DNA from: an uncultured delta proteobacterium
Lineage (GTDB): Bacteria > Desulfobacterota > Desulfuromonadia > Desulfuromonadales > BM103
DNA length: 64,000 nucleotides
Assembly (NCBI GenBank): GCA_963715335.1
Contig: CAVQRZ010000009.1
Location: 1-64,000 of the forward strand
Direction of reading: 5' to 3'
Under the pieces are notes generated by a model. It was not told where the DNA came from. It searched no databases and was given only the letters and a program-made list of their open reading frames with translations. Within the stretch, counting starts at the first letter, position 1. Each line of letters begins with the position of its first letter. The position numbers were made by a program, and so were the translations under genes. This document shows positions 29,501-39,403 of the stretch, one piece after another.

Positions 29501-31609
29501 CGCCAGCAGGACATCCTGATGGGGTCGGACAACTTGCGTATCGAAGTGCGCGACAAGGACTCGGGAATCGTCCTGGCTGTCACGAACCTGGCGGCGGACC
29601 TTGATTACGATATCGACTACATCCAGGGCCGCATCCTTTTGTCGAAGGTCCTGCCGACAACCGCGGATGACAACCTGCTGGTCAGCACCAATTCGATCAG
29701 CGGCAACCCGGTCTTTCTGGTGGCCCGCTATGAATACACACCCGGCTTCGATGATCCGGATACCCTGGTGACCGGCGGCCGGGCTCACTACTGGTTCAAT
29801 GACATGGTCAAACTTGGCGTGACCGCCAGCTGGGAAGAGGAAGCAGATATCGAAAGCCGCCTGGGGGGCTTTGATCTGACCCTGCGCAAATCATCCGCGT
29901 CATGGCTCAAACTCGAAGTTGGGCGCACCAGGGGCCCGGGTGTGAACACCGAGTCCTCCTACGATGGCGGCTACAGCTTCAGCCCCGCCGACTCTTTTAA
30001 CGATGAAGAGACAAAGGCGACGGCTTACCGGGCAGACGGCAGCGTCGGTTTCAGCGACATCATCGAAAGTTGGCGCGGCCGGGCGACCTTCTACCTGCAG
30101 GACCTCGGTGAGGGCTACTCGGCACCGGGGCTGTTGACGACGCAAGACCTCACCCAGTATGGCGGAACGGCTGAATTGCCGATTGCCAATCGCTGGCTGG
30201 TGCGTCTGAAAGTGGATCGGCTGGTTCAGGATAACGGGCTTGAGGCGGATCAGGGAGAAATAAATATCGATTATCAGATGAGTGAACATTGGACTTTGAG
30301 TTCGGGATTACGTGGCGATAACCGGCAGGACAACTCAGAGCTTGAACCGGCAACTCAGGATCAGGGCAAGCGAGCCGATGGCGTGGTTCAGTTGACATAC
30401 GATTCACATACGCGTTGGACGGCTTACGGTTTTGTGCAGGGAACCATTAAAGCGACCGGCGAACGAGAGACCAATGACAGGATCGGTGCCGGCGGCAGTT
30501 GGCGTCTGACCGATCGATTCAGTCTTAACGGTGAGGTCTCTGAAGGGGACCAAGGCACGGGGGTCAGTCTTGGGAGCGATTTCCTCTACAGTGATCGAAC
30601 CACAATGTATCTCAACTATGCACTGGAGAATGAGCGCACTGACAATGGCCTGCGCGCAAGGAAGGGCAAAATGATTTCCGGGGGCCGCACCCGTTATTCG
30701 GACAGTGCAAGCGTCTACGTGGAGGAGCAGTATTCCCATGGTGACATGCCCGCCGGCCTGGTGCATTCCGCCGGCGTCGACCTCGCGCCGACCGACCGGC
30801 TCAATATCAACGCGAATGTTGATCTGGGCACACTCACGGACCCGGTTACGGCCACTGATCTGAAACGCAAGGCGCTGGCGGCCAGCATCGGTTACGGTTT
30901 CGAGCGCCTGTCGCTCGTCAATGCCCTGGAGTATCGGGTGGACGAGACCGCACAAACAGATTCCAGCGATTCAAAACGGACCACCTGGCTGTTCAAGAGC
31001 AGTTTCAAGTTGCAACTTTCAGCCGATTGGCGGGCTGTCGGTAAATTCAACTATTCGAAGAGTGAAAGCTCGCTGGGAGATTCTTATGATGGTGACTACA
31101 CCGAAGCCGTTTTGGGGCTCGCCTATCGGCCGGTCCGCTTCGATCGTCTCAACCTGCTGCTCAAGTACACCTATTTCTACAATCTGCCGGCGATTGATAA
31201 CGAAGCTGCCAGCGATTCAGGTTTTATCCAGCGCAGCCATATCGGCGCGGTTGACTTGACGTATGAACTCTCGCCCCGCTGGACCCTGGGGGGTAAATAT
31301 GCCTTCCGGCTTGGTCAGATGGCTCTGGATCGAGACAACCGCGACTTCTTCGACAGCCGGGCCAACCTGTACGTGGTGCGTGCTGACTGGCATTTTCTCT
31401 ACCGCTGGGATGCGCTTGTCGAAGCCCGCATGCTTGATCTGCCCGACGCGGAAGATCGTCGCAGCGGGGTACTGGTGACGCTGTATCGCCACCTGGGCAA
31501 CCACGTCAAGGTAGGGGTCGGTTACAGCTTCTGTGATTTTTCGGATGATTTGACCGAACTGGACTACCGGCACCAGGGGGTATTCGTCAACCTGGTCGGG
31601 AAACTGTAG
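26513..31609 (+). CDS. Outer-membrane protein with three OmpA-like domains and a large C-terminal predicted beta-barrel
   Basis: Signal MTKRSLAILSLSLIFAAGADA; FVGHADS..LSRERA..GRALNRRVEVEV, AYTDN..GRALNRRVEVEF and a third degenerate unit FIGYTSN..SRVEVQV; C-terminal ~850 aa of amphipathic strands ending GVFVNLVGKL. Confidence 0.82.
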   Translation: MTKRSLAILSLSLIFAAGADASAVAESDSRGFGSAVGVRDAAAYGASTERHLPPDRPLTPWILDPAVFDEDQGDQVELSQVAAPDVKTVKLADLIPAIRFREGESEIPEDYLVRLRELLESMQDRANVRLHFVGHADSQVLSDSLQELYGDNIGLSRERAGTTAEYCQRALNLPPEAISYEGLGDSRPIASNATEAGRALNRRVEVEVWYDEIGEKMVDKEVIVPREASRIKVCRTETVCKLRYQEGHAHRARVKNLIAPLHYDDGMVNIPEQFLFQVRQARESLQGKKNVLVKFIAYTDNTPLTGRQERIYGNQLGLSKAVSRRVALAVQDALMLTNADVDSEGLGASRPVAANDTQQGRALNRRVEVEFWHDDSLQDLPDEPQICPDAAGAETVTRVYDSPSGGIAPILFEDGKPVIPPGAIDRLRQAMAEVADKSNARLKFIGYTSNERLNRRTAEIYNDDIGWSTVRARRTLVAVSDEMGLPAEQAEFEGRGYVQSDDVVNSGFIESDISRVEVQVVYDELVLLDDYEGVEITRLVREVKTENPFALNLMRITVDGKPLDDPGKSIQDVQRCTDVALDQAEVRFKLDSINLEPRLNVTAWPRSVRYRDVEETAFAENRVEFRIYTNYRSFIERAEVRIFKEVQSVRDLPLAVIDIDSSGLAQWQPDFEAYSAPGLTLKYLVRVYDANGQFDETTPQPLWVVDQVDPIVVMANPHAELLAGYGESRIAIRNIPLQGGTVQAHGKAIPEGHGVWLAGHEVPVDGTGRFIAEEILPGGMHTVEVAVLDTAGNGDLFLRDLALARNDWFAVGIADVTLSGNKTNGPADTLSPDNKRYQEDVSLDGRLAFYTRGKLDNDWLLTASADTREAPLDELFSNFVDKSTDALFRRLDPDHHYPTFGDDSTVEEDAPTSGKFYVKLSNYENYGLWGNFEVGYLDTDLAQVDRDLYGANLHYQSLDATGFGEPRVLLDGFGADPGTVAGREEFRGTGGSLFYLRQQDILMGSDNLRIEVRDKDSGIVLAVTNLAADLDYDIDYIQGRILLSKVLPTTADDNLLVSTNSISGNPVFLVARYEYTPGFDDPDTLVTGGRAHYWFNDMVKLGVTASWEEEADIESRLGGFDLTLRKSSASWLKLEVGRTRGPGVNTESSYDGGYSFSPADSFNDEETKATAYRADGSVGFSDIIESWRGRATFYLQDLGEGYSAPGLLTTQDLTQYGGTAELPIANRWLVRLKVDRLVQDNGLEADQGEINIDYQMSEHWTLSSGLRGDNRQDNSELEPATQDQGKRADGVVQLTYDSHTRWTAYGFVQGTIKATGERETNDRIGAGGSWRLTDRFSLNGEVSEGDQGTGVSLGSDFLYSDRTTMYLNYALENERTDNGLRARKGKMISGGRTRYSDSASVYVEEQYSHGDMPAGLVHSAGVDLAPTDRLNINANVDLGTLTDPVTATDLKRKALAASIGYGFERLSLVNALEYRVDETAQTDSSDSKRTTWLFKSSFKLQLSADWRAVGKFNYSKSESSLGDSYDGDYTEAVLGLAYRPVRFDRLNLLLKYTYFYNLPAIDNEAASDSGFIQRSHIGAVDLTYELSPRWTLGGKYAFRLGQMALDRDNRDFFDSRANLYVVRADWHFLYRWDALVEARMLDLPDAEDRRSGVLVTLYRHLGNHVKVGVGYSFCDFSDDLTELDYRHQGVFVNLVGKL

Positions 31610-31689
31610 CAAGGCGAAAACCGTCGTATTCACTAAAAGTTCTGAGCGACGGACAGTGCGAGATAACTTATGACTGGAAGGTTACGGAC

Positions 31690-32202
31690 ATGATCAAAAT
31701 TGTAAAAACGATCGTATTGGGAGTTCTCCTTTGTGCCTGGAGTTTCAACGTTTCTGGCCAGCAGGTCACCAGGGAACAGATCAAGGGTCTCGACGAACAG
31801 GTGCAGGAGATCAAGAGTGATGTCCTGTCGATTGCCGCGGAACTGAACCAGCTGGAGGAGAAGCTGCTCTATCCGTCGCAAACCCAGATCTCGATCTTCA
31901 TGGCCCTGGCAGAAGATGAGCAGTCGAGGCTCGACGCCGTGGAGGTCCTGCTGGACGGCAACCCGGTCGCCTATCACCTCTACACCTACCGGGAGCTTGA
32001 AGCCTTGCGCAGGGGTGGTGTTCAGCGCATCTATACCGGAAATATCAAAACCGGAGAGCATCAAGTTCGGGTGAAGCTGATTGGCGAGTCTGAAGGGAGT
32101 GCCTTCGAACGTTCAGAAGAATTCATGGTTCAAAAGGATGTGGGCCCCAGCATTGTGGAAATAAGCGTGGCTCACCAGGCAATAACCTTTAATGACAGGT
32201 AG
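31690..32202 (+). CDS. Secreted protein with coiled coil and small beta domain (conserved partner of the TPR cluster)
   Basis: Signal peptide; LDEQVQEIKSDVL..ELNQLEEKLLYP heptads; HLYT.RELEALRRGGVQRIYTGN. Confidence 0.7.
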   Translation: MIKIVKTIVLGVLLCAWSFNVSGQQVTREQIKGLDEQVQEIKSDVLSIAAELNQLEEKLLYPSQTQISIFMALAEDEQSRLDAVEVLLDGNPVAYHLYTYRELEALRRGGVQRIYTGNIKTGEHQVRVKLIGESEGSAFERSEEFMVQKDVGPSIVEISVAHQAITFNDR

Positions 32203-32205
32203 TCC

Positions 32206-34098
32206 ATGTTGCGGCTGGTAGTAATTCTGACAAGCCTATGGTTACTGGCGTCATCTGCGATGGCCGCCAGTACAACTGCACCGGAAGAGTTGGCGGATCT
32301 CTATTTTGGCGAGACCCTCTTTTACGCTTTCCAGGAAGATTGGTTCGATGCCATCGCCCGGCTCGACACCGAACTGGCGCAGCATCACGGACTCGATCAG
32401 CCCGAGCTCGACAGCCTTTTTCAGCATATCGGTCTGGCCGAGTTTGCTGTTGGCGACTTTGAATTGGCTTATCGTATGCACCAGCGCGCCGGGCGCGCCA
32501 TCACAGCGGTTATTAATGGCAATGTCGCGGCAGAAACCCGCAACGAAGCGATCTTCCGCCTGGCACGGATCTACTTTCAGAAAGATCAACCGGTCAACGC
32601 CCTGCATGCCCTTGAGCGCATCACCGGGGACGTCCCCGCAGCTATTCGCGATGACCTGGCGTTCCTGCGATCGCAGGTCCTTATGGCGACCGGCCGTTTT
32701 GCCGAAGCCGCAACAATTCTGACTGAACTGGAGGATGTCAAGGATCTGCAGGGCTTTGTCGGCTACAACCTCGGTATCGCCCTGATCAGGGATGGTCAGG
32801 AGCAGGCAGGTCGCCGTCAACTTGAGCTCAGCGGCCAGTTGATGAGTGATAACTCCTTGACCCTGGCGATCAGGGACAAGGCAAACCTCGTGCTCGGCGA
32901 CATGTTGCTGAAAGAAGAAGATTACGCCGGCGCCAAGCTGGTACTTGACCGGGTTCGCCTTGAGGGAGCGTTCTCCAACCGGGCATTGCTCGGTTCAGGG
33001 TGGGCCGATGCCTCAGTAGAAAACTTCGAACAGGCGCTGGTGCCATGGAGCCTGTTGGTCGGGCGCGAAGTGACCGATCTTGCGGTACAGGAAGCCATGC
33101 TCGCGGTTCCCTATGCCTATGGCAAGCTCGGGATCTATGGCAAGGCGGCGCTGATGTACGGCTCTGCCCTGGGCTCGTTCAAAACGGAAATCGCCAGGCT
33201 CGGCGCATCCATCAAAAGCATACGCGAGGGCAAATTCCTCAGCGCTTTGAAGCGGGAAGAACTGAAACAGGATTCCGCATGGGTCGTTAAGCTGCGCGAG
33301 CTGCCGGAGGCCCCGGAGACTTATTATCTCCTCGAATTGATGGCCGCGCACGATTTCCAGGAATCGCTGAAAAACTACCTGGACCTGGAGCAGCTGCGCA
33401 GGAAACTTGAGCGCTGGACGGAAGACCTGGACGCCTTCGAGGAGATCATTGCGATGCGCCGGGCTTATTATCAGCCGCTGCTTCCCGAGCTCGACGCCAA
33501 GTTCCGGCTGCTCGACACGCAGATGCGTCTGCGCCTGGAGCAGCGTGAGCGTATCGAACAGCGTCTGCAGGCCATGTTGGTTGCACCGCGTCCAGATTAC
33601 CTGGCAACCGCGGAAGAACGCATTTTCGGTGCAAAAATTGCCCGGCTTGAGCAGGCGCTGAATCCCGACAACCCGGCCATAACCGCGGCTGCCGAAGCCC
33701 GGCTCAGACGCCTGCGAGGGATTCTGGACTGGAACATCTATACCGATTATGACAGGCGCCAGACAGAAGCCCATACCAACCTTTACGCATTGAACAGGGT
33801 TATTGAACGCCTCAACCGGCAATACTCATCATTTGTACGCATTCGCCAGGTCGCCACGCAAAGCTACCAGGGTTACGCAGAAACGATCCGCCGGCAGCGC
33901 ATCCGCATCGCTGCAGCCAAGCAGCAGGTAACGATCCTGCTGGCCCGCCAGGGCCATCTGCTGGAAGCCATGGCGGTCAACGAACTGGTCGGTCGCCGCG
34001 AGCGGCTTGAGGCCTTCCAGGTCAAGGCCCGTTTCGCAATGGCGGACAGCTTTGACCGCGCCGCACGTGTGCAGGAACAACAAAGGGTGGAGCCATGA
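32206..34098 (+). CDS. Periplasmic TPR + coiled-coil protein (GltC-like)
   Basis: Signal ..SSAMA; TPR-like helices (AIFRLARIYFQK, YNLGIALI, RALLGSGWA); long C-terminal coiled coil. Confidence 0.75.
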   Translation: MLRLVVILTSLWLLASSAMAASTTAPEELADLYFGETLFYAFQEDWFDAIARLDTELAQHHGLDQPELDSLFQHIGLAEFAVGDFELAYRMHQRAGRAITAVINGNVAAETRNEAIFRLARIYFQKDQPVNALHALERITGDVPAAIRDDLAFLRSQVLMATGRFAEAATILTELEDVKDLQGFVGYNLGIALIRDGQEQAGRRQLELSGQLMSDNSLTLAIRDKANLVLGDMLLKEEDYAGAKLVLDRVRLEGAFSNRALLGSGWADASVENFEQALVPWSLLVGREVTDLAVQEAMLAVPYAYGKLGIYGKAALMYGSALGSFKTEIARLGASIKSIREGKFLSALKREELKQDSAWVVKLRELPEAPETYYLLELMAAHDFQESLKNYLDLEQLRRKLERWTEDLDAFEEIIAMRRAYYQPLLPELDAKFRLLDTQMRLRLEQRERIEQRLQAMLVAPRPDYLATAEERIFGAKIARLEQALNPDNPAITAAAEARLRRLRGILDWNIYTDYDRRQTEAHTNLYALNRVIERLNRQYSSFVRIRQVATQSYQGYAETIRRQRIRIAAAKQQVTILLARQGHLLEAMAVNELVGRRERLEAFQVKARFAMADSFDRAARVQEQQRVEP

Positions 34099-37000
34099 AC
34101 AGGTTGCAACTCTTTATTCTAGCCTTTTCGGCGATTATTGCCGCTTGTTCTCCGGTTAATCAGCACGGAACGATTGCTCAGCTGCGTGGTCAACGGGTCG
34201 AGATCACGGATCAAGAGATCACCGGCGGGATCGATGAGGCGATGGCAGGTTATCAGCAATTCCTGGCGGAGACGCAGGACCCGGTGCTGGCGCCAGAGGC
34301 GATTCGCAGGCTGGCCGATTTAAAGGTCGAGAAAGAGTATGGGCTCATAGAAGATCATCGGTCGGCAATCGACGACTCGCCGGCTTTGACCGCTCCGGAA
34401 GCCGGGATGCGTGCGGAGAGAAATCCGGAAGAAGGACCATCGGTACCGACGCAAAATGAAACCGAGGCAGCGTTTGAACAGCGCACGACGATCAACCCGC
34501 CTCTCGGCCTGGCAGACTCGGCAATAACCGGAGCCGGTCAGGCGATCGATGACCTGGCCAAGGCGGGACCGCTTGAGGCGATCAGCCTGTACCAGAAACT
34601 GCTCAGCGAATACCCTTTATACACGCGCAATGATCAAGTGCTGTACCAGATGTCGCGCGCTTACGAGGAGCTTGGCCGAATTGAAGAGGCCATGGAAGTC
34701 ATGGCGATTCTGGTCCGCGAGTTTCCGCAATCACCTTATCTTGACGAAGTACAATTCCGGCGCGCCGAATACTTCTTTACCCGGCGAAAGTACCTGGATG
34801 CAGAGGATGCCTACAGGAATATCGTTGATATCGGTGTCGGCTCAACTTTCTACCAGTTGGCCCTCTATAAACTGGGTTGGACATTCTATAAGCAGGAACT
34901 TTACGAAGATGCCCTGCATAATTTCATTGCCCTGCTCGATTACAAAGTTGCGCTGGGCTATGACTTCGAACAGACCGAAGACGAGCAGGAACAGAAACGT
35001 ATTGAGGACACCTTCCGGGTCATCAGCCTGAGCTTTTCCTATGATGGCGGCGCCGATACGGTGGTCGATTACTTCTCCGATTACGGCCATCGTCTTTACG
35101 AGGACAAAGTCTACAGCAACCTCGGTGAATACTATTTCGCCAAGCGCCGCTACAGCGATGCGGTTGCCACTTACGGCGCTTTCGTAAAGCGGAATTCGTT
35201 GCACAGAAAATCACCGCTGTTTCACATCCGCATCATCGAAATCAATACCGCCGGTGGTTTCCCCAGCCTGGTTATCGATGCGAAAAAAACCTTTGCTACG
35301 GATTACGGCCTGCAGGCCGACTACTGGCAACATTTTGAACCGGTTGAACGGCCGGAAGTCATCGCTTATCTGAAAACCAATCTTACCGATCTGGCGAACC
35401 ACTATCACGCGCTCTACCAGAAACCGAAACTGGCCGCTGAGAAACCGGTGAATCTTGCCGAGGCTCTGCACTGGTACCGTGACTTCCTCGACTCCTTCCC
35501 GAAGGAGGAAGAGACCCCGGCCATCAATTACCAGCTCGCCGATCTGTTGCTGGAAAACCGTTCCTATACTGAAGCGGCCGTGGAATATGAAAAGACGGCC
35601 TATGCATATGAACCGCATGAACAATCAGCCAAGGCCGGCTACGCGGCGGTTTACGCCTACCGTCAGCAGCTTGAGCTGACACCTGACCAGGACAGTCTTC
35701 CGTTCAAACAAGACGTTGTGCGCAGCTCGCTGACCTTTGCCGAGACCTTTCCAGAACATGAGAAAGCTGCCGTCGTCCTAGGCGCTGCAGCGGATGATCT
35801 GTACGACATGGGTGAGCACCGGCCGGCGCTGGCAGCGGCAGAAAAGCTTATCGGGGCATTCCCCGCGGCCGATGTGAACGTCAAACGTGCCGCCTGGATG
35901 GTGGTAGCGCATTCATCCTACCAACTTGAGCTCTATCGCGAAGCTGAAGCGGCATACGTCGAAGTCCTGGCGCTGCTGCCCGGCGACGACAAGTCGCGAG
36001 CGGCCTTGATCGACAACCTTGCGGCAGCAATCTACAAGCAGGGCGAAGAGGCCAGGGCGCAGGAGGATTACAGTACGGCGGCTGATCATTTTATGCGCAT
36101 CGGGGTGATGGCACCGACTTCGGGTATCCGGCCGACCGCCGAATATGACGCCGCTGCAGCACTGATCCAGTTCGAAGCCTGGGGTCGGGCGGCGACGGTC
36201 CTGACCGGGTTCCGTAACAACTTCCCGGGCCATGAATTACAGCCGGAGGTGACCAAGAAAATCGCCTACGTTTACAAGGAGGACGGAAAACTGTCGCAGG
36301 CGGCTGAAGAATACGAGCGGATCGAAACAGAGTCCGACAACATTGAGGTCCGCCGAGAAGCATTGCTGGTTGCGGCTGAGCTGCACGAACAGGCGAGTGG
36401 AAAGTCCCGGGCGCTGGTGGTCTATCAGCGTTATGTCGACTATTTCCCGAAGCCGGCCGGGATCAATTTGGAAACCCGCAATAAAATTGCCGAGATCCTT
36501 AAAGGCCAGCAGAAATGGGAAGCCTATCTGAATGAGCTCAGGCAGATCGTCGCGATTGATGCTGGCGCGGGTGAAGAGCGGACCGATCGAACCCGTTTCC
36601 TGGCGGCACAGGCGGCCCTGGTCCTGGCTCGGCCGAATTATGAACAGTTCGTTTCGGTCGAGCTGGTCATGCCGTTTGAAATAAACCTGCGCAAAAAGCA
36701 GAAACTTATGAAAACCGCGATCCAGGAATTCAGCCAGCTGTTCGATTACGAAGTCGGCGAAGTGACTGCCGCCGCAACTTTCTATCTCGCCGAGATTTAT
36801 GCTCATTTCAGTAAATCACTGATGGCATCCGAGCGCCCCGCCGGGTTGAACCCCATGGAGCGTGAGGAGTACGAACTGGCCATCGAAGAACAAGCTTACC
36901 CTTTTGAGGAGAAGGCTATCTCGGTACATGAAAGTAATCTCGAACTGATTTCCCTGGGCGTCTACAACGAGTGGATCGAGAAGAGCCTGCAGGAACTGGC

Positions 37001-37223
37001 CAGGTCAGTCCCCGCACGCTATGCACGGCCCGAGGAAAAGAGCACGGTCATCGCTTCGCCCGAGTCCTTCAGCTTCGAAATTGTCGGCCCTGCAGCGTCG
37101 ATTCCGGCGGAAGTCCAGTCACTGCCGACCGCTGAAATGCCAACTGATCAGGTTGCGCGCGACAGCAGCAAGGCCGGCGCATCTCAGGACACTGTTCCGG
37201 GAGAAGGGGAGGTGAAAGAGTGA
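34095..37223 (+). CDS. Large TPR lipoprotein (GltD-like)
   Basis: Lipobox IIAAC; many TPRs (YP.Y.RNDQVLYQMSRAYEE, EVQFRRAEYFF, ALYKLGWTFYK); C-terminal LEEQAYPFEEKAI-type motif (IEEQAYPFEEKAISVHE). Confidence 0.78.
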   Translation: MNRLQLFILAFSAIIAACSPVNQHGTIAQLRGQRVEITDQEITGGIDEAMAGYQQFLAETQDPVLAPEAIRRLADLKVEKEYGLIEDHRSAIDDSPALTAPEAGMRAERNPEEGPSVPTQNETEAAFEQRTTINPPLGLADSAITGAGQAIDDLAKAGPLEAISLYQKLLSEYPLYTRNDQVLYQMSRAYEELGRIEEAMEVMAILVREFPQSPYLDEVQFRRAEYFFTRRKYLDAEDAYRNIVDIGVGSTFYQLALYKLGWTFYKQELYEDALHNFIALLDYKVALGYDFEQTEDEQEQKRIEDTFRVISLSFSYDGGADTVVDYFSDYGHRLYEDKVYSNLGEYYFAKRRYSDAVATYGAFVKRNSLHRKSPLFHIRIIEINTAGGFPSLVIDAKKTFATDYGLQADYWQHFEPVERPEVIAYLKTNLTDLANHYHALYQKPKLAAEKPVNLAEALHWYRDFLDSFPKEEETPAINYQLADLLLENRSYTEAAVEYEKTAYAYEPHEQSAKAGYAAVYAYRQQLELTPDQDSLPFKQDVVRSSLTFAETFPEHEKAAVVLGAAADDLYDMGEHRPALAAAEKLIGAFPAADVNVKRAAWMVVAHSSYQLELYREAEAAYVEVLALLPGDDKSRAALIDNLAAAIYKQGEEARAQEDYSTAADHFMRIGVMAPTSGIRPTAEYDAAAALIQFEAWGRAATVLTGFRNNFPGHELQPEVTKKIAYVYKEDGKLSQAAEEYERIETESDNIEVRREALLVAAELHEQASGKSRALVVYQRYVDYFPKPAGINLETRNKIAEILKGQQKWEAYLNELRQIVAIDAGAGEERTDRTRFLAAQAALVLARPNYEQFVSVELVMPFEINLRKKQKLMKTAIQEFSQLFDYEVGEVTAAATFYLAEIYAHFSKSLMASERPAGLNPMEREEYELAIEEQAYPFEEKAISVHESNLELISLGVYNEWIEKSLQELARSVPARYARPEEKSTVIASPESFSFEIVGPAASIPAEVQSLPTAEMPTDQVARDSSKAGASQDTVPGEGEVKE

Positions 37224-37885
37224 ACGTCCCGTTTATGCAGAAGATAAACGCTCTGACGCTGATGATCGTTCTGACGCTGCTCGCCGGATGCACCACCGGT
37301 GTGACGGTCGAGCCTGAGACCGGAGCCTTGAGCCGACCCGTTGCCGATGGGTCGACAGTGTCGCGCTTCGAAAATGGTCGCAAAGGGTTCGTCCTTACGG
37401 AAACAGCAAACCTGAACGCGGCCTCACGCCATGACTTCGACCGTGCGGTCGAAGCGATGAGCCGTGGTGATTTCGACCAGGCTATTGAGTTGTTTAACCG
37501 GGTGCTCGATGTTTCACCGGGAATTACCGCACCCCACATCAATATCGCGATGGCTTACAGGAAAAACGACAAACCGACACCGGCTGAAGAGCACCTGAAA
37601 ACGGCCCTGGAACTGGTCCCGGGCCATCCGGTGGCGAGCAACGAGTACGGCCTGTTGCTGCGCCAGTCCGGTCGATTCGCCGAGGCGAGGGATATCTACG
37701 CAAAGGCGCTGACGAAGTTTCCGGAATATTATCCGGCCCGCAGGAACCTCGGGATTCTCTGCGATCTATATCTGAACGACCAAAAATGCGCCCTCGCCCA
37801 ATACGAGTTGTACAGCGAGGCCAGGCCTGACGATGAACAGGTCAAGCTGTGGATTTCAGAGCTGCGCCTGCGGCTCGGCCAATAG
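37220..37885 (+). CDS. TPR lipoprotein (GltE-like)
   Basis: Lipobox LLAGC; PHINIAMAY, ASNEYGLLLRQSGRFAEA, ARRNLGILCDLYL. Confidence 0.78.
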   Translation: MNVPFMQKINALTLMIVLTLLAGCTTGVTVEPETGALSRPVADGSTVSRFENGRKGFVLTETANLNAASRHDFDRAVEAMSRGDFDQAIELFNRVLDVSPGITAPHINIAMAYRKNDKPTPAEEHLKTALELVPGHPVASNEYGLLLRQSGRFAEARDIYAKALTKFPEYYPARRNLGILCDLYLNDQKCALAQYELYSEARPDDEQVKLWISELRLRLGQ

Positions 37886-37933
37886 CCAGATTGTTTTGTC
37901 GAACATGCAAGCAACTCTGAAGGGAAGCTGAAT

Positions 37934-38245
37934 ATGAAACAAAAACTTGTCATCTGTTTATGCATGGTCCTGCTGACGGCCGCTGCGGCAACAGCCGTAG
38001 AGCAGGGATCGGCTGAACGCAAGCCGGGGATAGATCAGGCGAAGGAACTTTCGGGCATGTCAATCGTCGGTAACGACGAAGCTCCGAAGTCACTGTATAT
38101 CGTGCCCTGGAAGAGCTCCGAAATCGGAGTCGAGACCAGCCTGGACATGATGTTGAATAAAGACGCCGTTCCGGTGGATCGGGACGTTTTCAAGAGACAG
38201 CTGGACTTCTATGAAGTCAGCACTGCTAACAGATCTGGAGGATAA
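37934..38245 (+). CDS. Small secreted protein (GltF-like)
   Basis: Signal peptide; SGMSIVGNDEAPKSLYIVPWK motif; position between TPR gene and ExbB. Confidence 0.6.
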   Translation: MKQKLVICLCMVLLTAAAATAVEQGSAERKPGIDQAKELSGMSIVGNDEAPKSLYIVPWKSSEIGVETSLDMMLNKDAVPVDRDVFKRQLDFYEVSTANRSGG

Positions 38246-38249
38246 AGTC

Positions 38250-38903
38250 ATGGAAAGTATTTATTCGGTTATTGGTTTTTTTCAAAAGGGTGGCCTGTTC
38301 ATGTACCCGATTCTGCTGGTTCTTACGGTCGGGATGGCGATCGCTGTCGAGCGTTGGATCCAATTGAGCCGCACCCGTAATGACAACCGTAAAATGTGGG
38401 CCCGGCTGCAGCCGATTCTGGTCGGTGGGGAGTTTGAGAAAGCACGGGAGATGGTCAACAAGGACAAATCTACGATTGCGCAGATGCTGTCGATGGGCCT
38501 GGCCCGTCAGGGTGCGGTCAGACGGCGTGAAGACATCGAGATCGCCATGGAAGAAAGCATGATGGAAATTATCCCGCAGCTGGAAAAGCGCACGCCGTAC
38601 GTCGGCCTGCTTTCGAATATCGCCACTCTGCTGGGGTTGCTCGGGACGATCATGGGCCTGATCGAGGCTTTTACTGCCGTTGCCAATGCGAACCCTGCCG
38701 AGAAGGCCGATCTGCTCTCAGCCAGTATCTCGGTCGCCATGAACACGACGGCCTTCGGTTTGATGGTTGCGATCCCGTTGCTGCTCACCCATGCCAAGTT
38801 GACTTCGACCACAGGTCAGATTGTCGACAGCCTGGAAATGGCTTCGGTCAAGGCATTGAACAGTATCTCAAACTTCAGCAAGCGCCAGCATCCGACAGGC
38901 TGA
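38250..38903 (+). CDS. MotA/TolQ/ExbB proton channel (AglR-like)
   Basis: GGLFMYPIL, ATLLGLLGTIMGLIEAF, ISVAMNTTAFGLMVAIP; RBS GGAGG. Confidence 0.92.
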   Translation: MESIYSVIGFFQKGGLFMYPILLVLTVGMAIAVERWIQLSRTRNDNRKMWARLQPILVGGEFEKAREMVNKDKSTIAQMLSMGLARQGAVRRREDIEIAMEESMMEIIPQLEKRTPYVGLLSNIATLLGLLGTIMGLIEAFTAVANANPAEKADLLSASISVAMNTTAFGLMVAIPLLLTHAKLTSTTGQIVDSLEMASVKALNSISNFSKRQHPTG

Positions 38904-38905
38904 TT

Positions 38906-39403
38906 ATGACCAGACGACAAAATTACCGGAAACGCAGGGGTCTGAGAGAAACTCCCGATCTGGATATAACCACGTTTATGAACCTGATGGTTATCCTCGT
39001 CCCGTTTCTGCTCATAAGTGCCGTATTCTCACGGGTCACGATCCTCGAGTTGAGCGTGCCGACGGCAGCCGGCGGGTCGGCGATCGTCAAGCCCAATTTC
39101 ACGATTGAGGTCGTTGTCAGACAGGCCGGGCTGGAGCTCGCCAACGGCTCGAATGTGGTCGCGGCAATACCTAACCAGGACGGCCGACACGATCTCGATA
39201 AACTGTCCGAGATCCTGGTCCGCCTGAAAAATGATTATCCGGAAAAAGAAGACGCGACGGTTTTGATGGAGCCGGACATCGAGTACGACCTGCTGATTCA
39301 GGTCATGGACAGGCTCCGGCAGATCGAAGTGACTGATGAGGCGAGTGAAGAGGTCCTGAAACGGGTACTTTTCCCACTGATATCGATCGGAGACGCGCCA
39401 TGA
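38906..39403 (+). CDS. ExbD/TolR-family protein (AglQ/AglS-like) with Asn at the conserved TM Asp position
   Basis: LDITTFMNLMVILVPFLL TM; C-terminal EPDIEYDLLIQVMD. Confidence 0.88.
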   Translation: MTRRQNYRKRRGLRETPDLDITTFMNLMVILVPFLLISAVFSRVTILELSVPTAAGGSAIVKPNFTIEVVVRQAGLELANGSNVVAAIPNQDGRHDLDKLSEILVRLKNDYPEKEDATVLMEPDIEYDLLIQVMDRLRQIEVTDEASEEVLKRVLFPLISIGDAP

